A DNA stretch of 64,000 nt from the human T2T-CHM13v2.0 reference genome, Homo sapiens. Below are positions 27,984 to 41,762 of the stretch, one piece after another. Both the position numbers and the translations under genes were made by a program. Numbering within the stretch: the stretch's first letter is position 1; every line of letters starts with the position of its first letter. Location of the stretch: the NCBI RefSeq assembly GCF_009914755.1, contig NC_060928.1, one strand, 5' to 3'. Below the pieces are notes generated by a model. The model worked only from the letters and a program-made list of their open reading frames with translations, did not search any database and had not been told where the DNA came from.

Positions 27984-29179
27984 AATCTCTAGAAGCTGTT
28001 TTATTGTGTTTGATGGGTTTGACTTAGAGTTGAGAAAATTTTTTCACATAATTCGAGCTGCTAACATTCTTTTGGAAAAAAAACTAATAATTAAAAAATT
28101 GCCCATATTTTTATTTGTACACAGATTAATTTCACTAGGTAATTTCTCAGAACAAATATTTTTTGACAAAACTTCTAAAAACCTGCAATATAAGAAATAG
28201 TAAGCCACTCATTTTAAACTGAACTAAACTGAACCTTCTACAGGCTGTATAGAAGTAGGAACTTATCACTGAATTCAACTATCAGAAAAGAGTCCCTTAA
28301 TGGTCAGGGCTCAGAGGTCAGGGTGTAGGTGATGACAGAATGGATAACTGAGATGGAATAATTTGCTTTTGTACCTGAGACAAAGGATGGATTTATTTAC
28401 ATAAAGAGAAACAAGTTCTGGGATGCCAAAGACCTATTATTTGACCTGTGGAAGATAAATTAATTAATTTGGGGCATTACACACTAATTTTGGAGGGCCA
28501 GGAAAATGGTTCTTCTCTTTCAATTTCTTCATTACTTAGCCACTGTAGTCATTTGCAGTGATTTTGAGTTTTGTTTCTTTGTTAGCATTCTTCTGATGTC
28601 TAAATGGCATAATTATTGGAATTAAGATTTTGAAGAATCAATTGGAAGAGTCTGTAGTTGGATACTCAATTAACAACTATTGCCAAGGCAGCTACTCAGC
28701 TCTCACTGTCTTTCATCTCAGCCATAATTGAATCCTGCTTTTCTCAAATAACAATGAATCTTTTGATCTCTGTACAGCAGGAAAGATCAAACTGATCCTC
28801 AGAATCCACAAATGCATGTCTTTCACCCCCGAAACCTTCTTCAAAGATGCAGTTAAATTTGAGTTGCAGTTATGTTTTCAGTATAATTACCAGGCACAAA
28901 AGAAAATTACTTCCTTTATTATCATAACGAAAAAACACATTTCTTTCTTCTTCCAGTTTTTTTTAATGTTACATTTTAAATCGTTTCATGTAAATTTTAC
29001 TTTTTCTCTGGCAACTTACAATAAAGCCTTTCAAAGTGATTTCATATGGTTTTTTTTTTTTTTTTCCTGTCAGAGCTTTTACCTCTAAAACAAGTAGTTC
29101 AGTGCCACTGGCCAATAATTTACTTTAGAAACATAATGTTTTCTGTTCTCCTGAACAGCAATTATGAATGCTTAACAGA

Positions 29180-29385
29180 CCAGATGATGTAGTTCTTGTT
29201 CTGACCCCAATATTTACTATTTGTTCTTTAGCAAGTGAAATTTGAGTTCTGAACTCCCAGTTTCATATCTGTAAAACAACAATATTTTGCCCATAATGTT
29301 ATTTGAAAGGAGAATCAAATGTAAATGCACATGTGCTGCTTTTTAAACATTGCAATAAACTCTACAATGTAAGTTTTATTACAAT
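29180..29385 (+). mobile_element. MIR
   Basis: ctttagcaagtga...cagtttcatatctgtaaaac. Confidence 0.6.
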
Positions 29386-30042
29386 AAAACTTTTTACTAT
29401 CATGGCTTTAAAAGAACTCAAGCAGCATGCAAGGGTTCATAAAGAGTTGCAATGGTTAACTTCATTTTTTTATTGCTCACTTTGTGCAGCCACTTACATT
29501 TGTATGGGCAGTTGGCATTTTGAGAGCTTGAATTTAGTGCTGAAAGCCTCAGTTCTGCTCTAAACAAACCTGTGAAGAGGACCACTGAGATTCCAGAGGT
29601 AGGAATTTGGACAGGTCCAGATCTACCCTTACTCATACTCTATCAGGCTTGATGTATGTATCTGACCAATGGACTCCTCAAGAACTTCATGAAAATTTAC
29701 TAATAGCAATAATGACACAAGGGATACTCCATCGACAATAACATCAATTTAATGACAAATCTGTGTTAATATTATCCTCTTCTGTCGCTCATTACCTCAT
29801 TCACCAAACCTTTGACAAACAAAGCTACTCTAGAATTTACTCTATGATTTGGTCCAAATGGCTCTCATCTGGAGAGTTCTCCAAAATACAAATCAGGGAT
29901 TTCAGTTCTGCAGAAAATTGGAGACCCCTTAAACAAATGTCTGAGATCATGTTGCATTTTATTTCACAGAGTAAGCTGAAACTGAGCAGAGCTGATTGAG
30001 AAGGTGATGTCAGAAAAAGGAGCCTAACAAACAATAAGACAC

Positions 30043-30465
30043 TGTGATGGTAAATTTAATGTGACAACTTGGCAGGCCACAGTGCCCAGTTGTTTTAGCA
30101 AACACTAATCTAGATGTTGCCATGAAGATAATTTTTAGGTGAAATTAACATTTAAATTAGTAGATATTAAGTAAAGCATATTAACCTCCATAATGTGGAT
30201 GGGCCTCATCCAATCAGGTGAAGGCCTGAAGAGCAAATACATGTTTTCCAAAGAAGAAGAAATTTGGCCTGAAGACTGGAACATAAAACCTTATCTGAGT
30301 TTCTTACCTGTCCATGAAATTTGGACTCCATACTGCATGATCAACTGTTACTTGAATTTCTAACCTGCTAGCTTGCCTTACAAATTTTGTACTTCTCAGC
30401 CCCTACAATTTAGTGAGCCTATTCCTTACAATAAACCTTTCTTTCTTTCTCTCTCTCTCCATACA

Positions 30466-30513
<48 letters not shown>

Positions 30514-30751
30514 TCTGAGAATGCATGGATTATAGGTGTGTATAATGGATATATGTATAATGGATATATATAATGGATATGTACACATGTATCTCCATCT
30601 ATGTGTATGTACATATGTAAACACATATACACATACGCAGACATGTGCACACATTCTCCCACTATATATATATGTATGTATAGTGTGTATACATATATGT
30701 GTGTACATGTATATTCTATTGATTCTGTTTCTCTGGAGAAACTCTAACACA
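30043..30751 (+). mobile_element. MLT2-family (ERVL) solo LTR containing an expanded CA/TA microsatellite
   Basis: tgtgatggtaaatttaatgtgacaacttgg...gggcctcatccaatcag...ttctgtttctctggagaaactctaacaca. Confidence 0.85.
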
Positions 30752-32544
30752 GGTCTGCTGTGATTGTTATAAGAAAAGACGTTTTGTTCACTTATTTTTA
30801 TAATCCAACAAAATGAAGTGTAGAAGTGTACAACAGTTTAAATTGTAAATTCACTCACTGAATAGTCCTTTCAAACTCATCTACTTCCAGTTTTCCAACA
30901 TTTATTTTTTCCATTTCAACTAAATGTCTAACTTGAAATCTTATAGCAGCAGAATTCTGTGTTCAAGAAGCCAAGTTTCTAAATAAAAGTTTTCTTTCCT
31001 GCCAAATTCTAATGTTATCTCAAAGATAATACCTTGTGATCTTAAATTATAGCCATTTACAAATATCATTAAAACTCATTTGTGTACTTTGGAAAGAAAC
31101 CTAAAACTTGCTAACTATAAAGACATAATAGAGCTGTAATTCACATTCATTCTGGGAGGCCCAATACATCATTTTTTAAGAAAATAGAACACAGAAAGGA
31201 ACTAACATTTAGAGAGTAGCAAATAGTTGTTTGAAAAATTAAGAGAAATGATCACTGTAGATGTAGTCTGCATGTTTGCACACAAACCAATCAGGAACAA
31301 GCTGACTCAATTATCTAGTCATAACTGTGCCAGGCCCTTTGGGTGCGGAAGCTGTAATCTAATGAGAGAGACAAAGCTAAAATATTAAGCATTTATGTCA
31401 ATACGTTCAGGTTCCCAAACCTTTTGTTTAGATCTGAAAATAAAATAATAAAACAAAAATTACCCAAAAAGTTAAGCTGATTGTTCAAGGTTATAGGAAT
31501 GACCAGAACGGGCCCCCACTAGTTCATCTCAATTTTCCACTGCTGAAGCCCTGCTCCTGGAGCTCCAGGAACACTATCCAAAAACCATCAAAAAGTCAAG
31601 ATTCCCTATTTCCTCAATTCCTAGAATGCATGGATTATAGGTATGTTATCTATTTAAAAATATTTGGAGCACAGAGAACCACTAAAAAAACCTGTGTATG
31701 TGTGAATACATATGTGTGTATACACACACATACAAACACATGCATATGGAGAGAGGGAGACATACTTCAATTTCAGAAATTTTTAATTCTTAAAAAATGC
31801 ATGCTTTAAAAACAAAATTTCATAGATATTATGTGTAAAAGGTCATAAGACTATAGAGATGCAAAAGAGAATAGCAACAATGTGACTGAACAAATCGAGA
31901 TGGATTTCAAAGGGAAGGTGACAGGAAAAGAGGACAAGAGGGGGAATTGTTTGGGAGCGGCAACAGTATGAGCAGAAGTGCTGGAGCAGAAATGACTGAT
32001 ATTGATTTTGGGAAATTGACCAGTGTAGAATGAAGAACCTGGGTACTGAGCAGTGTAGAATGAAGAGCCTGGGTTGTGAGTAGCTGAGATAAATTTAGAT
32101 TGATTGAGAAGCATTATCGTGGGCAGAACACCTGAAGAGTTTGATCATCTCTGTACATCCAGCGTTTAGAACTGTCCTTGATACATTGGGCGTTTACAAT
32201 TAAATATAAAGTGAATTTTGCTAGATACAGGAAGTAGTGGGAGGGCAATTTCTTTTAAAAAAAAAATCTGAAAAGTACCTTGGGTTATTTTCTCCCATAG
32301 GTCTCATATTTAAACCGTTCATGCAATTACATTCTTAAACAATCCCATACTGATTCAAACTATTGCCTTCATAATATTATAAAATCACATATTCCCCAAA
32401 ACTCAAAACTTTGTAACAAGATGTTACATTGACTAGAACTAAGCAAGCACAGAGACATGTTTTCCAGTACTATGAATCACTTTATTTTGCTGTCATTCAA
32501 GTAGTACATCACTGCTTTAATGATACCTGGGATTTGCCTTAATT

Positions 32545-33050
32545 AGTTATAGTAAGACACACATGCTCAGAAACGACTGTCGTGAAGGAAGAAGTTTGTT
32601 ATACTCATAGATCCCTAGAAACGGGGCTGGCGACCATGCAAGGGGATTGGTCAGAAGGCAGAGGGAGTGGGAGAACATGGGGGTAGAAGTCTTTACTGTG
32701 GTTTCCTTGGGAAAGTATGGGCCAGGTAGTGTAAATGGTTTAGAATTAGCTAATTTGAATACTTTTAGCAGACTCTGGGGCATAGGCACTCTCTCTAGTT
32801 GTCTGATATCTGGCCCTGGGGTTATTAGGACAGGGGGATAGTGACCTGAAGTACAAGGGCCTGATAAAGGAGGTGGCTGAGTTATGGGCTCTGGATTGGT
32901 TGGTTTGCATTTGAAAGTTGTGCTCAAGGGAGAGTTGCACATTATCTCTAGGAATTGGTTAATCCTGGGAGGAGCAGTCCCTCCAAGCTCAGCAAGCCCT
33001 GCACATCAAATCATCATAATACAGAACATAAAAAGACATGGTTCAATCAC
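32545..33050 (-). mobile_element. ERVL-class solo LTR (MER74/MER54-like)
   Basis: Minus strand aaccaatccagagccc...ccagggccagatatcagacaactag...ggaaaccacagtaaagac. Subfamily uncertain. Confidence 0.6.
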
Positions 33051-33299
33051 AGATGCAATAACTTCAATTCAGAAGCTGTGGCTACCCGGCACATAGGTCT
33101 GGTCTACTAAATGTAGCCCAGAATATCCTAAGATGTTATCAACAAACGTGAAAGAAAGCCAAAAAGACCAAAATACTACCTAGGGATCAAATTATGAGGC
33201 AAGAAGCAGACTAAGCCTTGAAGCACTGGGACTGACTCCATGACATCCCAACATCTGTGCTAAATGAAACTCTAAGCTACTCATATAAAAGCCTTTCTT

Positions 33300-34430
33300 G
33301 AGAATAGTAGCTTCAGCGGGGCAGATGGGAGCAGCTGAAAAACATTAGATGGAAAGGGTAAGAGCACAGAGAGGGGGAGCTTTAAAAAATTTCCCACTTG
33401 AGAAGAGCCAACAAATGAAAATAACAAAATGAGAGATGTGAAGATAGCTGGCCAAAAAATAACTACTCAGGAGATGAATTAATTCCAGATAAAGTTTTAA
33501 AATGGAGCAACCCTAAAATGAGTTTAAAATAAGTGTTTAAAGTCCTCGGAGAGGCAAAGGAAGGAATGTTCTCTATTAAAAAACAAATTATATGAATAGA
33601 AAAATAGTTACTAATCCTAGAAAATATATAGGCATCTAAAAACACTCAAAACTGAAAGGATAACTATAGAATCAACAAAAGTAAGGAAAGAATTAAGAAA
33701 CTGGAAGAAAGAACTGAGATCTGGAGAGTCCTTGAGAACCTTATTTAATAGTTTAATAGGATACCAGCAAAGGATAATAGAGGAATGTTGGAACAGCATA
33801 TTCAAAAAGATAATGACAAAGAAATTATAATATATATAAATAAAAATTGATAAGGAAAAGAGTAACCCTTAGTTTACCAATCTAACAAAAATTAGAGGGG
33901 AAAAAAGAAGCCAAGAAAAGTCTTTGATGAAACAAAAACATGAACCAAGATGATTCATGTAACTCCAAATACATTATAGTAACAATAATGTAAATGGATT
34001 AAATGACCTTATTAAAAATCTGAAATCATTGGCTTAGGTATAAAAACATCAGTGATGAGCTGCTTATGATAGACAATTGTACATACACGCACACACACAC
34101 ACCAGAAAATTTCAAAATTAAAAAGACTAAGAAATATGCTGGCATATATGGACCAAAAAATTTGATACAGCAGTATCAGTCAAAATAGGAAATGAAGGAA
34201 AAGCATTAATATGAATAAAGCATATAAACCAAAATCCTTGAAAAGACTATAAAAATTATAAATTCTATATCTTTAAACAACATGAACTTTAAAACATCAA
34301 AAAACTGTAAAACTCAGATTAAAAAATAAATTGACAAACTCACAATTATAATGAAAGAATTTAAGACCTCTCTCAGAAACCACATATTTGGAGAATATAT
34401 AGCAGATTTGAGTGACACATATAACATGCT
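33300..34430 (+). mobile_element. Ancient L1M ORF1/ORF2-endonuclease fragments
   Basis: aatgtaaatggattaaatgaccttattaaaa (NVNGLN-like) and gaatttaagacctctctcag (FN.PLS-like). Confidence 0.6.
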
Positions 34431-34431
34431 T

Positions 34432-34744
34432 GGGCTATATATATAGTATAATGTACATATATAGTACATATATGTACATAGGTACTATGTATGTATTAGT
34501 ATATGTATATGTACTATATATAGTATTAATGAACACATATATAGTACCTATATACTATATAGTACATACATATATAGTTATTACATATATATAGTACCTA
34601 TATATACATATGTGTATATATATGCATATATGTACTATATATGTATATTTAATATAAACATTTGTATATATAGATTACATATATGTATAGTATGTATAGT
34701 ATATATGTATGTACTATATATATAGTACATATATATGTATATAT
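34432..34744. repeat. AT-rich low-complexity (TA)n-derived tract
   Basis: Repeated tatatagtac/tatatgta units. Confidence 0.9.
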
Positions 34745-35350
34745 TTTCCTGCAACAGAGAACCTAAGAAGAATGCATATTCTAAATCATGCATGCAACAT
34801 TTTCAAATATTTATAAAATTAAACCATAGGACTTTGGGTTTCAAAATGGCGAAATAGAAGCAAACTGGCTTCACACCCCCATTGTCTGGGGATGTGAGAC
34901 TTTCTTCCCTTTTCCAGTGGAATGCACGCAGAACATCATACGTCACCATTTTGTCTCTTAGTGCACATGCCCAGGAAGTTTCTTTTTCCTGGTAACTGTA
35001 TTCAATTAACACTTTAATGTTAATGTTAGTAGCTGTGGATCATCAGGAGATGATCCCTCCCTGACGCCCTGGCGCCTGTCAGTTAACATTATGAGAGAGG
35101 CAGTGTGATCAGTGTTGAACCCTCACCTGATATTCCTAGTGGGAGGTGGGGGATGGTGGGGGAGAGCGCTCTCCTGCCCTCCTCATGCCTATCCAACTAT
35201 CTGCAACATAGATATTTTCCTGCAACCAACAGAGAACCCAAGAAGAATACATATTCTAAATCATGAATGCAACATTTTCAAATATTTTAAAATTAACCAT
35301 AGGACTTTGGCTTCCAAAATGGGGGAATAGAAGCAAACTGGCTTCACACT
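34741..35350 (+). repeat. ~135-bp direct repeat (34741-34876 and 35212-35349) flanking an LTR fragment
   Basis: atattttcctgcaac...agaagcaaactggcttcacac occurs twice with scattered mismatches. Confidence 0.9.
34882..35208 (-). mobile_element. Partial ERV1 (MER4-group, MER83/MER50-like) LTR
   Basis: Minus strand starts tgttgcagatagttggataggcatgaggagggcaggagagcgctctcccc...ccactaggaatatcaggtg. Confidence 0.65.
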
Positions 35351-35638
35351 GCTAGACAGAGAACCAAAAACCAAATATAAAGTAAAAGGAAAATTGGTAA
35401 TATAAAAATATGTCAGTTGAGACAACTAAATGTCAGAATGTGTGTGTGAGGGGAATAACATTAAAGTTATATTTTTTTTTAGTTTTTCCTTTGTTGGTTC
35501 TATTTTTTTTGTGATCTAAGACACGTTGTCATCTCTTTAAGATAACTTGCTCTATCTATAAGATGTTTCTGTAAGCCTTATGGTAACCACAATGCAAAAA
35601 AACCTATAATACACTAAAAATAATAAGTAAAAAAGTGA

Positions 35639-35920
35639 GGCCAGGCGCAGGGGCTCATGCCTGTAATCACAGCACTTTGGGAGGCCAAGGTGGACAGATC
35701 ACCTGAGGTCAGAAGTTCAAGACCAGCCTGGCCAACATGGTGAAACCCCATCTCTATTAAAAATACAAAAAATTAGCCGGGTGTGGTGGTGCACGCCTGT
35801 AGTCCCAGCCACTTGGGGAGGCTGAGGCAGATGAATTGCTTGAACCAGGGAGGCAGAGTTGCAGTGAGCTGAGATCATGCCACTACACCCCAGCCTGGGC
35901 AACAGAGTGAGACTCCATCT

Positions 35921-35952
<32 letters not shown>
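35639..35952 (+). mobile_element. Alu (AluS-like)
   Basis: Full dimer with a long poly-A tail. Confidence 0.95.
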
Positions 35953-35957
<5 letters not shown>

Positions 35958-36166
35958 GAAACATACTACCAAAGAAAATCACTTAACCACAAAAGAGGCA
36001 GTAAGAAAGAAGAAAGGAAAACAGGAGTTACAAATCAAGCAGAAAACAAGCAACAAAATGGCAATAATAAGTCTTTACTTATCAATAACCTTGAATATAA
36101 ATTGATTTGATTTGTCAATAAAAAGACACAGAATGCCTAAATGGATAAACAAAGAAGACCCAACTA

Positions 36167-36460
36167 ACACATAAACGGAAACCCAAACATCGCATGTTCT
36201 CACTCATAAGCAGAAGCTGAACAATGAGAACACATGGAAAGAGGGAGGGGAACAACACACACTGGGGCCTGTCAGGGGTCATGGGGAGGAGGGGAGGGAG
36301 AAAATCAGGACAAATAGCTAATGCATATGAGGCTTAAAACCTAGATGACAGGTTGATAGGTGCAGCAAACCACCATGGCACACGTATACCTATGTAACAA
36401 ACCTGCACGTTCTGCACATGTATCCCAGAACTTAAAGTAAAATAAAAATTAAAAAAAAAA
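36167..36460 (+). mobile_element. 5'-truncated L1PA 3' end nested in L1MA
   Basis: gcatgttctcactcataag...gtgcagcaaaccaccatggcacacg...cagaacttaaagt plus A tail; degenerate TSD aagaagacccaacta / aggaggcccaacta. Confidence 0.9.
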
Positions 36461-38465
36461 GGAGGCCCAACTAGATGCTGCCTACAAGAAACCTACTTCA
36501 CTTAAAAAAAAAACACATAGACTGAAAGTGAAGGAGTAGGAAAAGACATTCTGTGTGATTGGAAGCAGAACAGGAATAGGTATACTTAGTAAAGCAGATT
36601 ACAATTTAAGGTTGTAAAAATGAGATAAAGGTCACTATATTTATAGTTCAATATAGTTCATCATATTCAATCCATTTATATGATGAAGGGGTTACTTTTA
36701 CAAGAAGATATAACAATTTTAAATATCTATACACCCAACATTAGAGCTCCCAAATATACAAATAGACCTAAAGTGAGAGTAGACTGTGATACAGTAACTG
36801 TTGAAGACGTTAACACCACAATCTCAGTAATGGACAGATCATAGACACAAAATCAACAAAGCAACATCAGAATTAAACTACACACTAGACCAATAGGCCT
36901 AATTGACATTTACAGATTAATCTACCCAACTGCTGCAAAACACGCATTCTTTTCATCAGCACGTGGAACAGTCTCCAATAGACCATATCGGAGGCCACAA
37001 AACAAATCTGAATAAATTTTTAAAAGTAGAAATTATATCGTTTATTCTTGACCATAATGGGATAAAACTATAAATCAATAAAAAGGAGAACTTTGGAAAC
37101 TACAAACACAAGGCAATTAGGCAACGTGCTTCTGAATGACCAATGGGTTAATAAATAAATTGAGAAGGAAGTTTAACAATTTCGTGAAACAAATGAAAGT
37201 GGGAATACAACGTGCCAAAATTTATGAGATACTGTAAAAGCAGTACTAAGAAAGAAATTTATGTCAATAAACACTGATATAAAAAAGTAGAAATACTTCA
37301 AAGAAACAGTCAGATGATGTACTTCAAGGAAGTAGAACAAACCAAACCCCAAATTAATGCAAAATTAATAATAATAATAATAAAGGCCAAAGGAGAAATA
37401 AAATTGATACAAAAATACAGAAGGTTGACAAAATGAAAAGTTGTTCATTAAAAAGATAAACAAATTAACAAAGCTTTAGCCAAACTAAGAATAAAAGAGA
37501 GATGGTCCAAATAAATAAAATTAGAAACAAAAAAGGAGACAACTGAGACCATAAAAATAGAAAGAATAATTAGAGACTATTATGAACAATATATCACAAC
37601 AAACTGGAAAACCTAGAGGAAATAGATACAGTCCTGAACTCATTAACCTGCCAAGGCTGAAATGTGAAGAAATAGAAAACTTCAACAAACCAATGATGAG
37701 TATCGAGATAATAACCATAATAAGAAGTCTTCTATTAAAGGAAAATCCAGGACCTGATGGCATTACTGCTGAATTCTACTAAACAATTAAAGAAGAACTA
37801 ATACCAATTCTACTTAAAGTCTTTAAAAAAAAAAACCTGAAGGAAAGGGAATGATTCCAAATTGAATCTATGAGGCAAGCATTACCATGATACCAAAACC
37901 AGACATGAATAAAACAAAAAAATAGGTAAATATCACTGATGAATATTGATGTAAATTTTCTCAAAAAATGCTAGCAAATGTAATTCAACAGCACATTAAA
38001 AATTATAATTCATTATGATCAAGTGGAATTCATCCCAGGAATGTCAGGATTGCTCTACATATCCAAATCAGTAAATGTAATACACCACATTCATAGAATC
38101 AAGAACAATATCATGTGATTATTTCAATAGATGCTGAAAAAGCATTTCTAAAATTCAACATCCCTTTAAGAAAAAATTCTCATCAAACTGGGTATAGAAG
38201 GAACATATCTCAAAATAATAGGGACAATTTTGGCAAAACCGCAGCTAACATCATAGCGAACAGAAAAAAAATGGAAAGACTTTGCTTTAAGACCACAAGA
38301 AGACACAGGTGCCCACTTTCAACATGTTCATTTGACACAGGACTGGAAGTCCTGACTAGAGCAATTAGACAAGAGAAAGAAATAAGGGACATTAAAATTG
38401 GGAAGGAAAAAATCAAATTGGCCTTGTATACAGATGACATGATTTTATACTTAAAAAATCCTAAA

Positions 38466-38651
38466 CACATGGACAAAGGTGGTTGCGGGGAAGGGGATGT
38501 AGAACATTAGGACAAATACCTAATGCATGCAGGGCTTAAAACCTAGATGATGGTTGGTAGGTGCAGCAAACCACCATGCACATGTATACTCATGTAACAA
38601 ACCTGCATGTTCTGCACATGTATCCCAGAACTTAAAGTGAAAATAAGTTTT
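38466..38651 (+). mobile_element. Second 5'-truncated L1PA 3' end nested in L1MA
   Basis: L1PA 3'UTR sequence flanked by TSD AAAAAATCCTAAA. Confidence 0.88.
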
Positions 38652-41217
38652 AAAAAATCCTAAAGACTACACACAAAAAACTATTAGAACTGACAAATGA
38701 ATTTAATAAAGTTGCAGGCTACAAAATCAACATATAAAAATCAGTAGCATTTATATACACCAATAATGAATAATCTGAAAAGGAAATGAAGAAATCAATC
38801 ACTTTTACAATACCTGCAAAGAATATAAAATACCTACGATTCAGTTTAACCAGATATGTAAGAGATCTATACAATGAAAAGTATAAAAGACTCATGAAAG
38901 AAATGGAAGAATACATACAAAAAAGTGGAAAGATATTCCATGCTCATGGATTAAAACAATGAATAGTGTTAAAATGACAATAGTACTCCCCAAAATTCAC
39001 AGAAATGCAATCTCTATTCAAAATACCAATTACTTTTTTCACAGAAATAGAAAAAGAAATTATCCTAAGATTTATATGGAACCACAAAAGAACCTGAATA
39101 GTTAAAGCCAGCCTGAGTAAAAACAACACAGCTGGAGGCATCACTTTACCTGACTTGAAAATTTACTACAAAGCTGCAGTAACTAAACTAGCATGGCACT
39201 GGCATGAAAACAGACACATAGATGAATAGTAGAAAACAGAGGAGACAGATATAAATCCACACATTTTCAGCCAACTCATCTTTGACAAAGGCACCAAAAA
39301 GAACACAATAGGGAAAGGACTGTCTCTTCAAGAAATGGTGCTGGGAAAAGTGGGTAACTATATGTAGAAGAGTGAAACTAGACCTTTTTCTCTCACCATA
39401 CACAAAAATCAAATCAAAATGGATTACAGACTTAAATCTAAGACCTGAAACTCTGAAACTACTGAAAGAATCTTTGGGGAAACACTCCAGGATATTGCTC
39501 TGTGCAAAGATGTTTTTTCTAACACCTCAAAAGCACAGGAAACCAAAAAATAGACAAATGGGATTATATCAAGCTAATTTGGTACAGTAAAGGAATCAAC
39601 AAATAAAAGACGGGCTACAGAATGACAGAAAATATATGCAAACTACCCATCTGACAGGGTATTAAAAACCAGAATAAATTCAGAGTTCAAACAACTCCAT
39701 AGCAAAAACAAATAATCTGATTTAAAATTTGGCAAAAGATCTGAATATGCATTTTTACAAAGACATACAATGGCCAACAGGCATATGACATAATGCCCAA
39801 CATCACTAATCATCAGAGTAATGCAAATAAAAACCATAATGAGATATCCTCTTACCCTAATTAGAATGGTCTTTATTAAAAATATCAAAAATAACAGATT
39901 CTGGGAAGGATGTAGAGAAAGGGAAATTCTTGTCCACTGTGGGTGGGAACATGAATTATTGCAGCCACTGTGGAGAACAGTATGGAAATAGAGCTACATA
40001 GTGGAATCGGACACACCGATTCCACTATGGAATATATATCTAAAGGAAAATAAATCAATATATCAATGAGATATCTATACTCCCATGTTGACTGCAGTAC
40101 TATTCAAAATAGCCAAAATATGGAAACAACCTAAATGTCCATCAAGGAATGAATGCATAAAGAAAATGTTGGATATCACAAGAAAAAATATTCAGCCATA
40201 AAATAATGAAATCCTGTCATTTGCAGCAACGTGAATAGAACTGGAGATCACTATGTTTACTGAAATAAGCAAAGCACAGAAAGACAAAAATCACATGTTC
40301 TCACTCATACATGGGAGCCAAAAAGTGAATCTTCTGAAGATAGGCAGTAGATTGTTACCAGAAGCTGGAAAGCAGAGTAATAGGTGGGATGATAAAGAGT
40401 TGATTAATGGGTACAAATACATGGTTTGATAGAAGAAATAAGAGCTAGTGTTAGATAGACTGGTAGGGTGACTATCATTGACAATATTATTGTACATTTC
40501 AAAATATGTAGAAGAGAATAATTTGAATATTTCTAGCATAAAGAAAAGAAAAATATTTAACATGATAGATATCCCAAGTACACTGATTTGATCTTTACAA
40601 ATATGTGAATGTATCAAATTATCACATATACCATAAAAAATTAACTGTATACTCAGTCACAATCATAATTATTAAAAATATATTATCTGATCACTGGACA
40701 ATTACATTAGAAATTTACTATTACAAATAGTAATAAAAGGGTCACAGTTTAGAAAACCTAACAAAAGCCCGAACAATAAATGGCTTAAAAAAATAAATCC
40801 CAAAGAAAACTATAAAATACAATGATTGAATGACTGAAAAATACTAAAATACTAAAAACATAAAAAGCAAAATCAAAATTTGTGAGATGCAGCTAAAACA
40901 ATATCTGGACGTTATTAAAAGTTTCAATACCTTTATTACAAATAAAGTAGTTAAGCATTTAATGCAGGAAGCTAGATGCAATGAAAAGAACAGTAAGAAA
41001 GTTGAAGATAATTATAAAAACAAAACACAACTTAATAACCGAGAAAATCAATGACGAAAATGATTTTTAAAACAGTTCCTTTGAAAGCTACTAACCTAGG
41101 AAAGCCTCTAAGAAGTTTTATTAAAATATATATATATATACATGCAAAGATTAATGCATTATTCATGTAACAGAATACTATCATACATCAACTAGACTGA
41201 GTGACTCATATCTACAG

Positions 41218-41415
41218 GTAGCAATATAGAGAAATCACAAAAACATGTATTAAGAAATAAAGTTGCAATTAAAATTTCTGTAGTTTACTGGTTGAGTTAC
41301 TAACTGAAAAATGTTTATGTGTTTATATGTAGCAATATAGAGAAATCACAAAAACATGTATTAAGAAATAAAGTTGTGATTAAAATTTCTGTAGTTTGCT
41401 TGTTTAGTTACTGAT
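41218..41415. repeat. ~110-bp tandem duplication
   Basis: gtagcaatatagagaaatcacaaaaacatgtattaagaaataaagttg...aatttctgtagttt occurs twice; single copy at the arm A mirror (~16540-16625). Confidence 0.9.
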
Positions 41416-41762
41416 GTTTTATATATGTATATATATGTGCATACATACATATACATGCATACACATGTATGTTGTAGATATTCATGTAATAAAATTGCCT
41501 ATAACTTTTTATTAGTAATTGAACCATATGGCATAATGTTAGAATTTTAAAATATTTTTTAAAGTAAGAAAATAATACATATATGCTTGAAGTTTTTTTT
41601 TCCATCTCTTTTCTGTCATATTGTCTTTTCCTCCCAACAGAAGTAGCCATTATGCTGAGGTCAATATTGTTGTTTATTTTTCTTTTCCAGCTAGTTCTTT
41701 CTGTATTTTGAGCAAACAAAATCTTTTATTTTGAATGTTATCTGAAACAAAATACTGAGTAA

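Larger units (their letters stand above)
35300..40640 (+). mobile_element. Long L1MA-like element (5' tip, ORF2 remnants, 3'UTR) with nested insertions
   Basis: ORF fragments MIISIDAEKAF, PGPDGITAEFY and KLALYTDDMILYL (RT), plus an L1MA-type 3' end. Confidence 0.9.

Noticed and set aside
28770-28855. Possible exon after ctctgtacag
   Set aside because: No convincing donor and no recognisable peptide.
32021-32075. 30-bp-period duplicate CAGTGTAGAATGAAGA.CCTGGG
   Set aside because: Ordinary two-copy slippage duplication with no further structure.
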